From Naegleria gruberi (taxonomy: Eukaryota), in assembly GCA_000004985.1 (NCBI GenBank), contig GG738888.1: a stretch of 64,000 bases of DNA; one strand, written 5' to 3'. Shown here piece after piece: positions 11,234 to 22,300 of this stretch. Every line of letters starts with the position of its first letter. The first letter of the stretch is position 1. The notes under the pieces were generated by a model, which had not been told where the DNA came from, did not search any database, and worked only from the letters and a program-made list of their open reading frames with translations. The position numbers were made by a program, and so were the translations under genes.

Positions 11234-11307
11234 TACGCCGTAAGGGAGTCGAACCCTTGACCTTCAGCGTGTAAAGCTGACGATCTAACCAACTGATCTA
11301 ACGGCGC
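11234..11307 (-). tRNA. tRNA-Val (anticodon UAC)
   Basis: 74-nt cloverleaf on minus strand: acceptor GCGCCGU/ACGGCGU (G1:U72 wobble), D-stem GAUC/GAUC, anticodon stem UCAGC/GCUGA, loop UUUACAC, T-arm AAGGG-UUCGACU-CCCUU, discriminator A, no encoded CCA. Confidence 0.75.
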
Positions 11308-11366
11308 TTACAGTGAGTTATTAAACAACATATTTGTTACCTTAATCCGCCTTAAAATAATTTATC

Positions 11367-12230
11367 TTACAAATATTTTTGGATTAGTTTTGTAATAGTT
11401 TCACGAGAATGGTCATCAGCTGCTTTACACGTTTTACAAATGAGTGTGTAAGGGTTTTTAACATTTTCATTCTTAATTATCATCACATTAAAATGTTCAC
11501 ATTCTATTTGTTTTCTTTCTTCTTTTTGAATTTCTGATATTGTTTCATTATCCAAAATTCCGAAACCCTTCTCACCAGCTGCTTTGAATAGTTTCATTTT
11601 CCCTCTCTTGTACGCATCAAATTCAATCTCACTTCTTGTTCCAATATAAGCTTTTCCTCTGATTAAAGTCCTCAATTTCATATTTCTATTGATGAATTTA
11701 GTTCTCTTATTCAAAAACTCCATATACAAGTTTTCGAATACTTGTTGTGAGTCCACTATCGAAGGCAACAATTCATCAGTTGCCTTTTTTTTCTTCTTCC
11801 TATTATTATTATCATTATTAATGGCTGTTCGAAATTTGAAAATATTTGTTGGATCGTTACTTTCCAGTATTCTTTCAAGACTTCCTTGAAAACGCATATT
11901 TTTATAGAGAGCAGCATGATCTGTTTCATTCTCTCCAGAAAATATATCAACAAAATCACGACTCAGAATAAATCTCTGAAATTCAATGGTATTCACAATT
12001 TCATACACTTTCTTATCAACTAGTAGAATAGAAGTGTACAATGATTTCAAATCTAAATATTGCAAAATCACATGCCATACTTCCGTCAAATGTATTTTTG
12101 TAAACTCAGTTTCTTGAGGTTTAAGCTTTGCAATAGGAGTTGATTTTTTCTTGTTTTTTGTTTGCTTATTCTTTTTAAAATTGTGTAGATTGATCAATTC
12201 CTCGTCATCCAACAAATCAAATGCAGACAT
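11367..12230 (-). CDS. hypothetical protein (F-box-like region; Lys/Asn-rich linker)
   Basis: 287-aa ORF, ATG at 12230 with A-rich 5' context; VWHVILQYLDLKSLYTSILLVDKKVY F-box-like. Confidence 0.4.
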   Translation of the reverse strand: MSAFDLLDDEELINLHNFKKNKQTKNKKKSTPIAKLKPQETEFTKIHLTEVWHVILQYLDLKSLYTSILLVDKKVYEIVNTIEFQRFILSRDFVDIFSGENETDHAALYKNMRFQGSLERILESNDPTNIFKFRTAINNDNNNRKKKKKATDELLPSIVDSQQVFENLYMEFLNKRTKFINRNMKLRTLIRGKAYIGTRSEIEFDAYKRGKMKLFKAAGEKGFGILDNETISEIQKEERKQIECEHFNVMIIKNENVKNPYTLICKTCKAADDHSRETITKLIQKYL

Positions 12231-13175
12231 TTTTTTTGAAAATGTTTTCTTTTCGTTGTTGAAGCGTAAAGTTCAAATTTTTATCTTCACCGATCTGCAA
12301 CTATTTTCTTAAATTTCTTTACAGTTAATTTCGCGCCAACTAAAAACCGCTGAAAGTTGTCTATTCTTACCGTTAAATATTCAACAAAAAAAAAACAATT
12401 ACTCATCATGATTTCATCACCATGAGGAAAGTTCTCCCTTTTCTTCCTTCCACATCAGCCATGACCACATTCAAACCATAACAACATCTATATAAATTTG
12501 CCTGCCATTTACCAGGAAGATGTTGGTACACATTATAGTGAAGGTTCATGAACCGAAGTACATTATTGCTAGAAGAACACGCATATAATTGATACTTTGG
12601 AACAGCCCTGTCTCACTCTCTTTGATATGTTTTTCTATTTTGTAAAGAAGGATTGACTGGTCTAGGTAAGAATAGTGAAAAGGTAACTTTGAAAGAATAT
12701 CGCTGGTGGATACATTGTGGAGAGTTTTGATTCTTTGGAAGAAATTCCAATCACTGAAGATTTATACCGATTAAAATAAACACTGTAACACTATCCATCT
12801 CAATTTAAGAAACTTTATTCTAATCTCTATAAAACAATTCCCAATTTAATACAACACAAATTACCCAAATTTCAATCAAAAACATTTCACACCTTCAACA
12901 AACTTTTTCATCCCTCACTTTTTATCTGAAACTTTTACTGTTTGCAAGTGAAACACGAAACACCAAATTGCACCTTCGCATTCTAAAAATAAAATTATAT
13001 CAATCATCAACATGTTCATCGCTTGTTCATAAAATGCAGACGCAATCAATGCTGATTATCACAGATCAAAAAAAAACGCAACAATTTTTCTTCGCGGCGA
13101 CGATTTTAATTTCTTTTTCCTATTAATTTCTTCTTTCTGTGCACACAACTACTTTTAAACCAACTCTCTCTGAAA

Positions 13176-14629
13176 ATGATCACTACACATCAATGTGCTC
13201 CATCGAATGCTACTACTGGATCAGCTCGTCTTGATTTATTCTTTAAAGCTGCTCGTGGTATTGAAGAAAGTTTCTTGTTGCAATTGGTTGAAGCTTCATG
13301 GAATGAAAATCCATTAGATACTTTAAAGTTAATTTTCCAAACACGTGATTGTCGTGGAGGAAAAGGAGAACGTGAAATTTTTCACAAGTGTTTGAACTGG
13401 TTGATTGACAATCACCCAGAAGATTTACTTGTCAATTTGGAACTTTTACCAGAATATGGTAGATGGGAAGATTTGTTGAGATATATCAATCAAGAAAAGG
13501 GAAAGATTGGTGAAACAATTTCCAAGCTCTTTGCTGAACAATTACGTAAAGATTATGCTGCTATGCATGATGGAAAGCCAGTTACTTTATGCGCCAAGTG
13601 GGCACCAACTGAGAATTGTAAACATGACAAGAAGTTTAGTGCTGTGAAACTTATTGCTAAAGAACTCGGAATTAAAAAGGCAGAATATAGAAAGCAATAT
13701 CTTTCACCACTCCGTGAATATATCAAGGTTGTTGAAAGATACATGTGTTTGAAGCAATGGGATGCTATTGATTATTCCAAAGTTCCAGGTAATGCCATGA
13801 ATAAGCTCAAAAAGGCATTCAACAAGCATGATCCTGAAAGATTTGCCGAATATATGAAAAAGTTAGAAAAGGGTGAAACAAAGGTCAATGCCACAACTGT
13901 TGAGCCACACGAAATTGTAGCTCAATTCATGTATGGACAAGCACAATCTGAAACTGATCAAATTTTGGAATCTCAATGGAAGGAAATTGTCAAACGTGTC
14001 CAATCTCTTGGAAACATGGATCATGCATTGGCAGTTGTGGATGTATCAGGATCAATGAGTGGAACACCACTCAAGTAGCAATTTCCATTGGGCTGTTGGT
14101 GTGTGAATTATCAATGCCACCTTTCAGAGGAAAATTGATTTCTTTCCATGAAGATCCTCAATTCTGTACCATCAATCTCAACACTACTTTACGTGAAAGA
14201 GCTCAAGAAATCATGCTTATGCCATGGGGTATGTCTACAAACTTTTACAAGGTCTTTGAAACAATTTTGAGAGAGGCCAAGCAAAATAAGTTGACTCAAG
14301 ATGAAATGCCAACTTCCATCTATGTCATTTCTGATATGCAATTCGCATCTGCTGCTGGTAGTTCAATGAGCAATTTGGAATATATCAAAAAGTCCTATGC
14401 TGAAGCTGGTTATGAATTGCCAAAACTCATTTTTTGGAATGTCAATGGTAATTCTCGTGATTTTGTCAGTGGTAATGCTCTTGAAAATAATGTTGCCATG
14501 ATTTCTGGTTTCTCACCATCTCTTCTCAAAGCTGTTTTGAATGGTGATGATTTTACCCCATTTGCTATCATGATGAAGGCCATTCAAGATGAAAGATATT
14601 CCAAGATTAAATTGGCCAGCTCTGAATAA
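13176..14629 (+). CDS. von Willebrand A (MIDAS) domain protein of the DUF2828-like family, frame interrupted
   Basis: ORF 13176..14078 ends in the MIDAS motif VVDVSGSMSGTPLK*. ORF 13976..14629 continues in another frame with the expected post-MIDAS helix (QVAISIGLLVCELS...GKLISF). Adding one base near 14066-14072 gives one ~484-aa ORF. The alternative 53-nt GT..AG intron would delete a conserved helix and is disfavoured. Confidence 0.55.
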
Positions 14630-14771
14630 GCAAATTGACCTTATCAAAGTAGATAATGTTTGTAAAAAAACAAAAAATCCTTATTAAAAAGTAAAAACTC
14701 CAAAAAAGTACTCTACAATTTCTTTTTAGTTCTTTTTTGTGAATTTTTTTAAGTGAAAACAGTAGAAAAAA

Positions 14772-16690
14772 ATGTGTCAATTTATCAAGAAGGCACTGTT
14801 TACATTGTGTTTGTCCATCATAATGTTGTGGATGTATCAATATTTCAATCCCGAACATTCAATTATTAATCATGAACATTATGGAGCTGGATATAAATTG
14901 AATGCACCAATGCCTTCACGTTCCGAGCTGATTTCCAAATTGGAGAAGCATAAGAGCCAATCTGAAGATGAATTTGATGTTTTAATTATTGGAGGTGGAG
15001 CAACAGGTTTGTTTTCTTTTATTTAAAATTGGAGAACAAAATACTTGAATTATGTTGAATTTAAATTGATTAAAAGGAAGTGCAATTGCATTGGATGCCA
15101 ATTCTAGAGGACTCAAAGTTGCTTTATTTGAAAAGGAAGATTACAGCAGTGGTACATCCAGTCGTTCAACAAAATTACTTCATGGTGGTGTAAGTATTAA
15201 AGCAAATTTGAAAATTTACAAAAATTGTAAGGTGAGATATTTGAAAAAAGCAATGACAAATTTGGATGCTTCACAATTCTTCCTTGTCAGAGAAGCTCTC
15301 CATGAAAGATATCTCCTCTTCAATCAAGCTCCACACTTGACCAATTTCATTCCACTCATTACACCAATCTATTCATGGAGTGAAATTATTCCAACATTTA
15401 TTCAATTGAAACTCTATGATTGGATTGCATATCCACATCTTCATGATAGTTATTTTGTTAGCGCAGAGGAAGCTAGCAAATTATTCCCAATGATTAAGAA
15501 GGAAGGTCTGAAGGGAGCCATGATTTATTATGATGGTCAATTTGATGATGCCAGAACTAATCTGGGATTAATTTTGACTTCCATTCAGAGAGGAGTATTG
15601 TCATTGAATAGATTTGGAGTTGTTGAACTCACTCATAATTCCACAGGAAAATTGAATGGAGCTATTGTGAAGGATGAATTGACTGGAAAAACATATCCAG
15701 TTAGAGCTAATACTATTATTAATGCAGCTGGACATTTTGCTGATGATATCAGATTGATGGATGATGCAACATCTACCAAACTTCTTCAAGCAGCTTCTGG
15801 AATTCACATTGTTTTGGATGGTAAATTCTGTCCAGCCAATGAAGGACTCTTAATTCCAAAAACGAAGGACAATCGTGTGTTATTCTTACTTCCATGGAAG
15901 GGTAAAACACTTGCTGGAACAACTGACTCTCCAAGTCCAATAACCAATAATCCAAAACCAAGTGAAGCTGATATTCAGTACATTCTCGATCACATTAATA
16001 TGTACTTCCAGGTGAAGGTTTCGAGAGAGGATGTCTTATCTGCCTGGAGTGGAATTAGACCATTGAAGAAGGCGACTGAGGAGAAGGATACTGCATCAAT
16101 CTCTAGAGAGCATGCCATTTATACATCACCAAGGTAAGTAGTTGGCACTTTGCTCAATAATTATTCATATTGAGTGAAGTGGATTAATGACAATTATTGG
16201 AGGAAAATGGACAACTACTAGAAGTATGGCTTCAGATATTATGGAAAAGGCCATCAAACAATCTCCACAACTCCAAGAAAGAATAATTGGCCCACCATTC
16301 ACTGATAGAATCAAATTAGTTGGTGGTGAGGAGTTCAATCCTCTCTATGTTAAAAAGATGAAGCTCGATCCAATCATTGCTGAGCATTTGAATTCAGTTT
16401 ACGGAGATCAAGCTTATTTAGTTGAAGAAATTGCTTTGAAGGAAGGACGTACAGCAAAGCTTCATCCACTCTATCCATTCATTGAGGCAGAAATTATCTA
16501 CTCAATTAGATATGAATATGCTGTAAAGATTTTGGATATTCTAGAAAGAAGAACTAGAATTCAGTTCATTGATACCAAGACATCTTCATCTCTCATTCCA
16601 ATTATTTCTCAAATTATGGCTGAAGAATTGAAATGGACTACAGAACAAAAAACTGCTGAAGAACAAGAAGTTCATAAATATTTACAATAA
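14772..16690 (+). CDS. GPD2: mitochondrial FAD-dependent glycerol-3-phosphate dehydrogenase (GlpD/GPD2-type), 3 exons
   Basis: join(14772..15006,15077..16133,16180..16690). Exon1 ends in FAD motif DVLIIGGGATG. Intron1 15007..15076 (GTTTGT..AAAG, 70 nt). Exon2 aligns to human GPD2 (SAIALDANSRGLKVALFEKEDYSSGTSSRSTKLLHGGV ... SISREHAIYTSP). Intron2 16134..16179 (GTAAGT..GAAG, 46 nt). Exon3 SGLMTIIGGKWTTTRSMA... Phases consistent; ~600 aa, no EF-hand tail. Confidence 0.8.
15007..15076 (+). other. spliceosomal intron (70 nt, GTTTGT...AAAG) in G3P dehydrogenase
   Basis: Spliced product GGGATG|SAIALDANSRGLK matches GPD2 alignment; phase 1. Confidence 0.7.
16134..16179 (+). other. spliceosomal intron (46 nt, GTAAGT...GAAG) in G3P dehydrogenase
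   Basis: Spliced product YTSP|S|GLMTIIGGKWTT matches GPD2 (SESGLITIAGGKWTT); phase 2. Confidence 0.7.
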
Positions 16691-16717
16691 AGAACTTACC
16701 TTTACAAAATACAAGAA

Positions 16718-17683
16718 TTAAAATAATGCCTTGTAAACATTCATTAAAAACTCTTGATCAAATAAAATCATTTCAACATTGAATTTCATCCAATCTACAT
16801 CAAACTTTCGTTTGGCAGCTCTAATCACAAGTTTCAAAACAATTTCTCTATCCTCCACAATATCCTCACCAAGATAATCTATTTTTTCCACAATCTTGAA
16901 TAATTTCTCATAGGGCTGGTCAAGTGCAAAGAGTACAGTTTCCTTACTATTCCTAAATAGAGAAGCAGCAAATTTTAGAGCATATCCATTCGATTTGATG
17001 GCCTCCATTACAATATTGTTGTCGTAGGAGCAATCACTATTCAATAATCTGAGATTCAAACCATCTCTCCGCACATATTCCAATAATTCTTCCAAAGTTG
17101 TTTCCTGAGATAGTATAAAATCACAGGGAGAGTATGGGCTATCAAGGAGTGAACATCTTTTCTTAGATGGAGAATTGAGAAATTCATGGATAGAATCCAC
17201 CTCCACATATAGCTTTCGTTTGTGAGATGGTATAAACTTAATAGAATCACTATTTTGCTTCAAGGCTTCTGAAATTACGTCATCATTCATTAATTCATCA
17301 GGTACATGCTTGATTACAAATCCATTCACTTTAACAGCATCCATCACAAATGATTTGTCCTGAAATAGTTTTGTCATTAATCGACAAGATTCCAAATTTT
17401 TCACACTTTCCAAAGCAATTTCCCTATCCAAATGAAACTTTTTCTGAAACCAATGTAAACAACTATTATTGACCATCAATGATCTCTTCACAAATTCTCT
17501 ATCATTCTGTAACTTTTTCGAAGCAAACGTAACAGCAAAATGATAATTTCGAATAGCTGCCAACATGATCTCCCAATCATTCCTAAAATTCATCGTTAAC
17601 TTCTTCACATCATTCGCAGTAAGAGTTTTATATTGCAATAATAGTTGCAATACTAATTCCCTTGAGATGTAACCACCTCCCAT
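16718..17683 (-). CDS. DUF4116-type repeat protein (KxDREvvLxAv repeats)
   Basis: 321-aa ORF with repeated ~30-aa units (FRNDWEIMLAAI, LQNDREFVKRSL, LHLDREIALESV). Upstream same-strand ORF 17653..17985 in another frame may be its 5' part via a frameshift. Confidence 0.45.
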   Translation of the reverse strand: MGGGYISRELVLQLLLQYKTLTANDVKKLTMNFRNDWEIMLAAIRNYHFAVTFASKKLQNDREFVKRSLMVNNSCLHWFQKKFHLDREIALESVKNLESCRLMTKLFQDKSFVMDAVKVNGFVIKHVPDELMNDDVISEALKQNSDSIKFIPSHKRKLYVEVDSIHEFLNSPSKKRCSLLDSPYSPCDFILSQETTLEELLEYVRRDGLNLRLLNSDCSYDNNIVMEAIKSNGYALKFAASLFRNSKETVLFALDQPYEKLFKIVEKIDYLGEDIVEDREIVLKLVIRAAKRKFDVDWMKFNVEMILFDQEFLMNVYKALF

Positions 17684-18256
17684 CCCATCAAATTCTCTCG
17701 TAAACGATCCAATAAATTCACACTTTGCAACACAGCCTGATCAAAACAAATTCGGGAGATGAGAAAAGCTAAAACCTGATTACATAAATCTATTCTCTGC
17801 CTCCGATGATAGAGTTGGAGAAGTATATCGGATTGGAATGATTGATCGAGTAATAGTATTACATTGTCAATATTATGATCGGAGGATGATGATTTATTTT
17901 CCTTTAGTCTTTTGCAAGACTCTTCGGAATTGATTTGAAAAGTTTCATCATCACTTTGCAAGAAACATTCACGATTTCTTTTCATTTTTTTTAAATTAAT
18001 TTTTTTTGAATTAAAATTGAAAAATCATTTATGGAAATTTAATTTGAGATAGAAAGACCAATTCAAATTATTAAGTTTAGGGGTAGGTTGAAAGAGAAAA
18101 AATTATTGCAAAATGGGGTTTCGAAAGAAGTTGAAAGTTTATACAATAAAAAAATTGAGATGGATTTTTCTATTTACATATCTCCATCTATTGAATAAAT
18201 ATAAATCTGAAATCTAATCTTGATAAGTTAGATTCTAGGGTATAGTACAATTAGAT

Positions 18257-18937
18257 TCAATCAGTTTCAGATTTAATTTCAATCTTTGGTTCAATCTTAA
18301 TAGATTGGTCAAACTTCTTCTTCTTTCTCTTAGGACCATTCAAGGTCAAATAAGTTGAGGCAAACTTGCTGACATATCCAGCTGATGGTTGCTTGCCAAT
18401 CAACTCAAAAATGATTTCACCAATCCTCTTATTGGAAAAATCCTCATTATCACCCTGTTCAGACTTTATAATCTGCAACACCTTTTCAATTTGGGATGCA
18501 TTCATCAATGCTGAAGGGTGACCTCTCTCGATTGTATGGGTTGTTGAGCTATTAGTAGCACAAGTCAATTGACCCGCGTCATACGCCCTCAAATATCTTG
18601 AAAGTTGGGACTTGTTAATGTGTTTCTTTTGTGAGTACTCCATGATGGAGCCTCTTTCTCGAGCTGGATGTTCCTTTATAAAATCCAATACAATTTCCAA
18701 TTGTTCCTCCTTACTTCTCTGCTTGTAGACAACCTTTTCCTCCTTCTTTAAGCCACTAGTCACAGTGGAGGAAACTACATGTTCATATGGCAATACAAAA
18801 GCAGCCGAATCGCTAATTAATCTATCAATGGACAATTCCTTGAAAAGAACAACATCCTCTTGATCGACAAGATTCTTGGAAAACCTTGTTTCCGATGAGT
18901 TTCTATCAACAAAGGTGGTTGAGCCCAATCTCTTCAT
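18257..18937 (-). CDS. hypothetical protein with CENP-B/psq-type HTH-like N-terminal region (pogo/Tigger transposase-like DNA-binding module, no DDE domain)
   Basis: 226 aa, ATG at 18937. EEQLEIVLDFIKEHPARERGSIMEYSQKKHINKSQLSRYLRAY resembles the HTH of CENP-B/pogo N-termini; second helical region follows; C-terminal KRKKKK. Assignment from memory, weak. Confidence 0.35.
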   Translation of the reverse strand: MKRLGSTTFVDRNSSETRFSKNLVDQEDVVLFKELSIDRLISDSAAFVLPYEHVVSSTVTSGLKKEEKVVYKQRSKEEQLEIVLDFIKEHPARERGSIMEYSQKKHINKSQLSRYLRAYDAGQLTCATNSSTTHTIERGHPSALMNASQIEKVLQIIKSEQGDNEDFSNKRIGEIIFELIGKQPSAGYVSKFASTYLTLNGPKRKKKKFDQSIKIEPKIEIKSETD

Positions 18938-19209
18938 TTTTTGTGTGTTGTATTATTGTGTAATCTACTTTTGATCAGTGATTTTGTTCCGATCTGGTGG
19001 TGATTCCGCGTTCTAGTTGATCGATTTTTTTAAATTGATTTTTTATTAATAGATTTTTTTAAATGCAATCTACAACTTGCACCATTTTTATTTTTGGATT
19101 CTTTAAAGTTCGATGGTGAACTTGGGCATAGAAAAAATTTGTAGCAATTTACAATACCCTAATCCAAGGGGTTGAAAAAATTCTTAGTAACAGTCCAATC
19201 ATGCATAAG

Positions 19210-19290
19210 GCGGTCTTGACCGAGTGGTTAAGGTGATTGACTAGAAATCAATTGGGGAGACCCGCACAGGTTCGAGTCCTGTAGATCGCG
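19210..19290 (+). tRNA. tRNA-Ser (anticodon AGA)
   Basis: 81-nt class II cloverleaf: acceptor GCGGUCU/AGAUCGC, 3-bp D-stem, anticodon stem AUUGA/UCAAU, loop CUAGAAA, long variable arm UGGGGAGACCCGC, T-arm ACAGG-UUCGAGU-CCUGU, discriminator G73 typical of tRNA-Ser. Confidence 0.8.
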
Positions 19291-19330
19291 ATGAGTTTTT
19301 GCTTTTGAAGCCCTATCAATTAATTGTTGT

Positions 19331-22300
19331 TTATTTGTTGAGTAATTCCTCAAATGCCATCAATTTCTGAGTAATTTCTGAGAAATTGGGTCTATTGCTA
19401 GGAGAGGAATCCCAACAATATTTAACCAATTGAATAAAGGAGAAGACTATTTCGTATTTTGATTTCTCGTTTCCTAAATATTCTTCACACCACTCTTTAC
19501 ATGACAGCAAAGTGGAAAATGGAATAATTGGACGAATTCCTCGAGAAACCAATGCAGGTACCTTGAAACTATTATTCTCTACCTTCTTGTATTCTGAAGT
19601 TTCGTATTCAATTTCTCTGAATAACTTCTTTCTATTCTTTTCTTGATAAATATAAGGATTCTCTTCAAAGAAAATTTCCCAACAAATTATTGCAAAACTG
19701 TAAACATCTGAAGCTGTCGCTGTGTCTGTGGTCATTGAGTTTCCATTCTCTTCGAAATGCATATAAAATAAAGTTCCCAAGTTATTGGTCAGGTTTGTGT
19801 TTTTAGTGAGAGCTCGAGAAAGTCCAAAATCAGCAACTTTACACTTATTGGAATTATCCATTAAAACATTTCCTGGTTTCAAGTCTCTGAATATAGTTAT
19901 TTTGGTTATTTCAATATGGATGTTAAAACTTACCTGTGAATAATGGGAGGTTTCAGTGAATGTAAATAATCCATTCCTTTTGAAATATCCAACAAGATTG
20001 AAATTTTATCCGAAAGCTTAATGTTCGGCAAGCTTCCAATTCTCAATTGATATAAGAAACTTTCCAAAGATCCTTTCGTCATGAATTCCATCACAATCAA
20101 ATAATATCCCTGTAAAAATGAAACTCCATATATAGTAATAATATTTGGATGTTTCAAATTGTGCAATAAAGTTACTTCCTTTAAAAATGATTCCAATTCT
20201 TCCACTTTCTTTACGGCAACTTGATTTTGCTTCCACTTAGCTTTGTAAACTTCACCTCCCGATCCAGATCCGAGTTTCTTCTCAAATTCTAAATCCTTAT
20301 AAGGTATAAATATTTTAGATTCTGTTATAGATTTGATTCCAACAGCCACAGCACTTTCGGATGAATTATTATTAGCTGTATTTCCTGAACTAGACATGTT
20401 TAATGAACTACTTATCGATGCAGGATCACTAAACTCATCCAATTCTCTATAATCACCCAATGAAGGTCTTAATAAATGGAATGGAGAATCTTGACCTTCC
20501 AAATGTTCAGCAGTTAATGACATTTCCATTAGTTTCCTATGAACTTCTTTTTCTTGAGTATTCTTTCGATTCCATCTTCTTGAATTGTAACAGTAAATAA
20601 CACAACAACCAATAGTAGCAACACACATTACAAAAGAAATTGGAACACTCACTGTAATTCCAATAATCCAACCTGTTTCAGATTGTGAACCCAAATCCGT
20701 ACCCGTACTTCTATCTTGGCAATGTTGTCCCTTGTATCCTGATATACACTTGCAATTATCTTTGCCTAAACAGGTCCCATTTCCATGATTACAAACAGAT
20801 GAGTCATTGAATGGAATACCATTACAGGTAAATAATTCACAAAATTGTCCTAAAAAACCAGAGTTGCATTTGCAAACATTAGGCGAAAAACAGACACCTT
20901 GAGAGTTACAGACATTGGTTTTGTTTGCTGAGATTTCATTACATTTAGGGAATTCACATTGAGAACCTGTGTAGTCGGTATCGCATAGGCATGTATCTTT
21001 GGTTATACATTTTCCATGCCCATAACAAACATTGGATGCGTCAGAGGAAAGTTCAAAACATGTTGTAAATTGGCATCTTTCTCCAAAAAAACCAAAATTA
21101 CATTCACATGTATCTGGTGCCAAACATGATCCGTATCCAGAGCAAACTGATCTATTATTCGAAAGTGTTCCAAAACAAATTGGAATGGAACAATCAGAAC
21201 CTCCGTATTTGGAATTACAAACGCAAAGGTTAGGCTCAACACAAGTACCATTAAGATTATTACAGACATTTGAATTATTAGATGGAATTCCAAAGCAAAC
21301 TGGTTGTTCACAATCCAATCCTACAAACTTTCCATTTTCACAGGAACAATAGTCTGGTTTCGTACAATTTCCTTTGCTATTGCAAACTGCTGATTCGTTA
21401 GCACCAATACCATAACATATCGCATATTGACATGATGGCCCTTGATAACCTTGTGAACAATTACATGAATCAAAACCAATACATTGCCCATGACCACTGC
21501 AAACCAATGGAGAATCTGATCCATAGTTGAAGCATTTCCAATGTTCACATTGTAAACCAGATCTTCCAGGATAACATTGACAAGTATTTGGAGATGTACA
21601 ACTTCCATTAGAATTGGTACAAACTGACTCATTAAGAGCTGAAATATTATAACACAACGGAATCTGACATTCCAATCCTTCATAATTTTCTTCACAATTA
21701 CAGATATTGGGTAATATACACTTTCCATTTCCAGAGCAAACTAAACTTCCATTATTCATGATAATTGAAGAATTATTATCTATCTTTCCAAAGCAAACAG
21801 GATATTGGCACTCATTTCCTTTCCAACCAGTTTCACATTCACAATTGTCAGCTTGACTACAATTTCCATGTCCATTGCAAATTAAGGAACTGTTGTATGC
21901 CAAACTCTTTCCAAAGCAAATTGGGTATTGGCATTCGTTTCCTGTAAAACCAGATGGACAGTCACAAATATTTGGTGAAATGCAATTTCCAGTTCCAGAA
22001 CACACTAAACTGTCATCTGCACGCTTTCCAAAACAAATAGGATATTCACAATATTGTCCTGTAAATCCTGTTGGGCATTCACAAAGTCCTGGTTGAGTGC
22101 AATTTCCCACTCCTGAACAAACTCTTGTATCATTGGATACGAAATCACCACACACTGGGAATTGACAATTTGGATAACCCCAACCAGGATTACATTCACA
22201 TTCATTAGTATAGATACAGACACCATGAGAACTACACACAGATGAATCGTTGGAACTAATGCCGAAACAAAATGTAAATGGATACATGAATGGTATTTCG

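Noticed and set aside
14069-14121. 53-nt GTAGCA...TTTCAG intron in the vWA/DUF2828 gene
   Set aside because: Splicing would delete the amphipathic helix right after the DxSGSM MIDAS motif (QVAISIGLLVCELS). That helix is conserved in vWA domains and in this family, so a 1-nt frameshift is more plausible.
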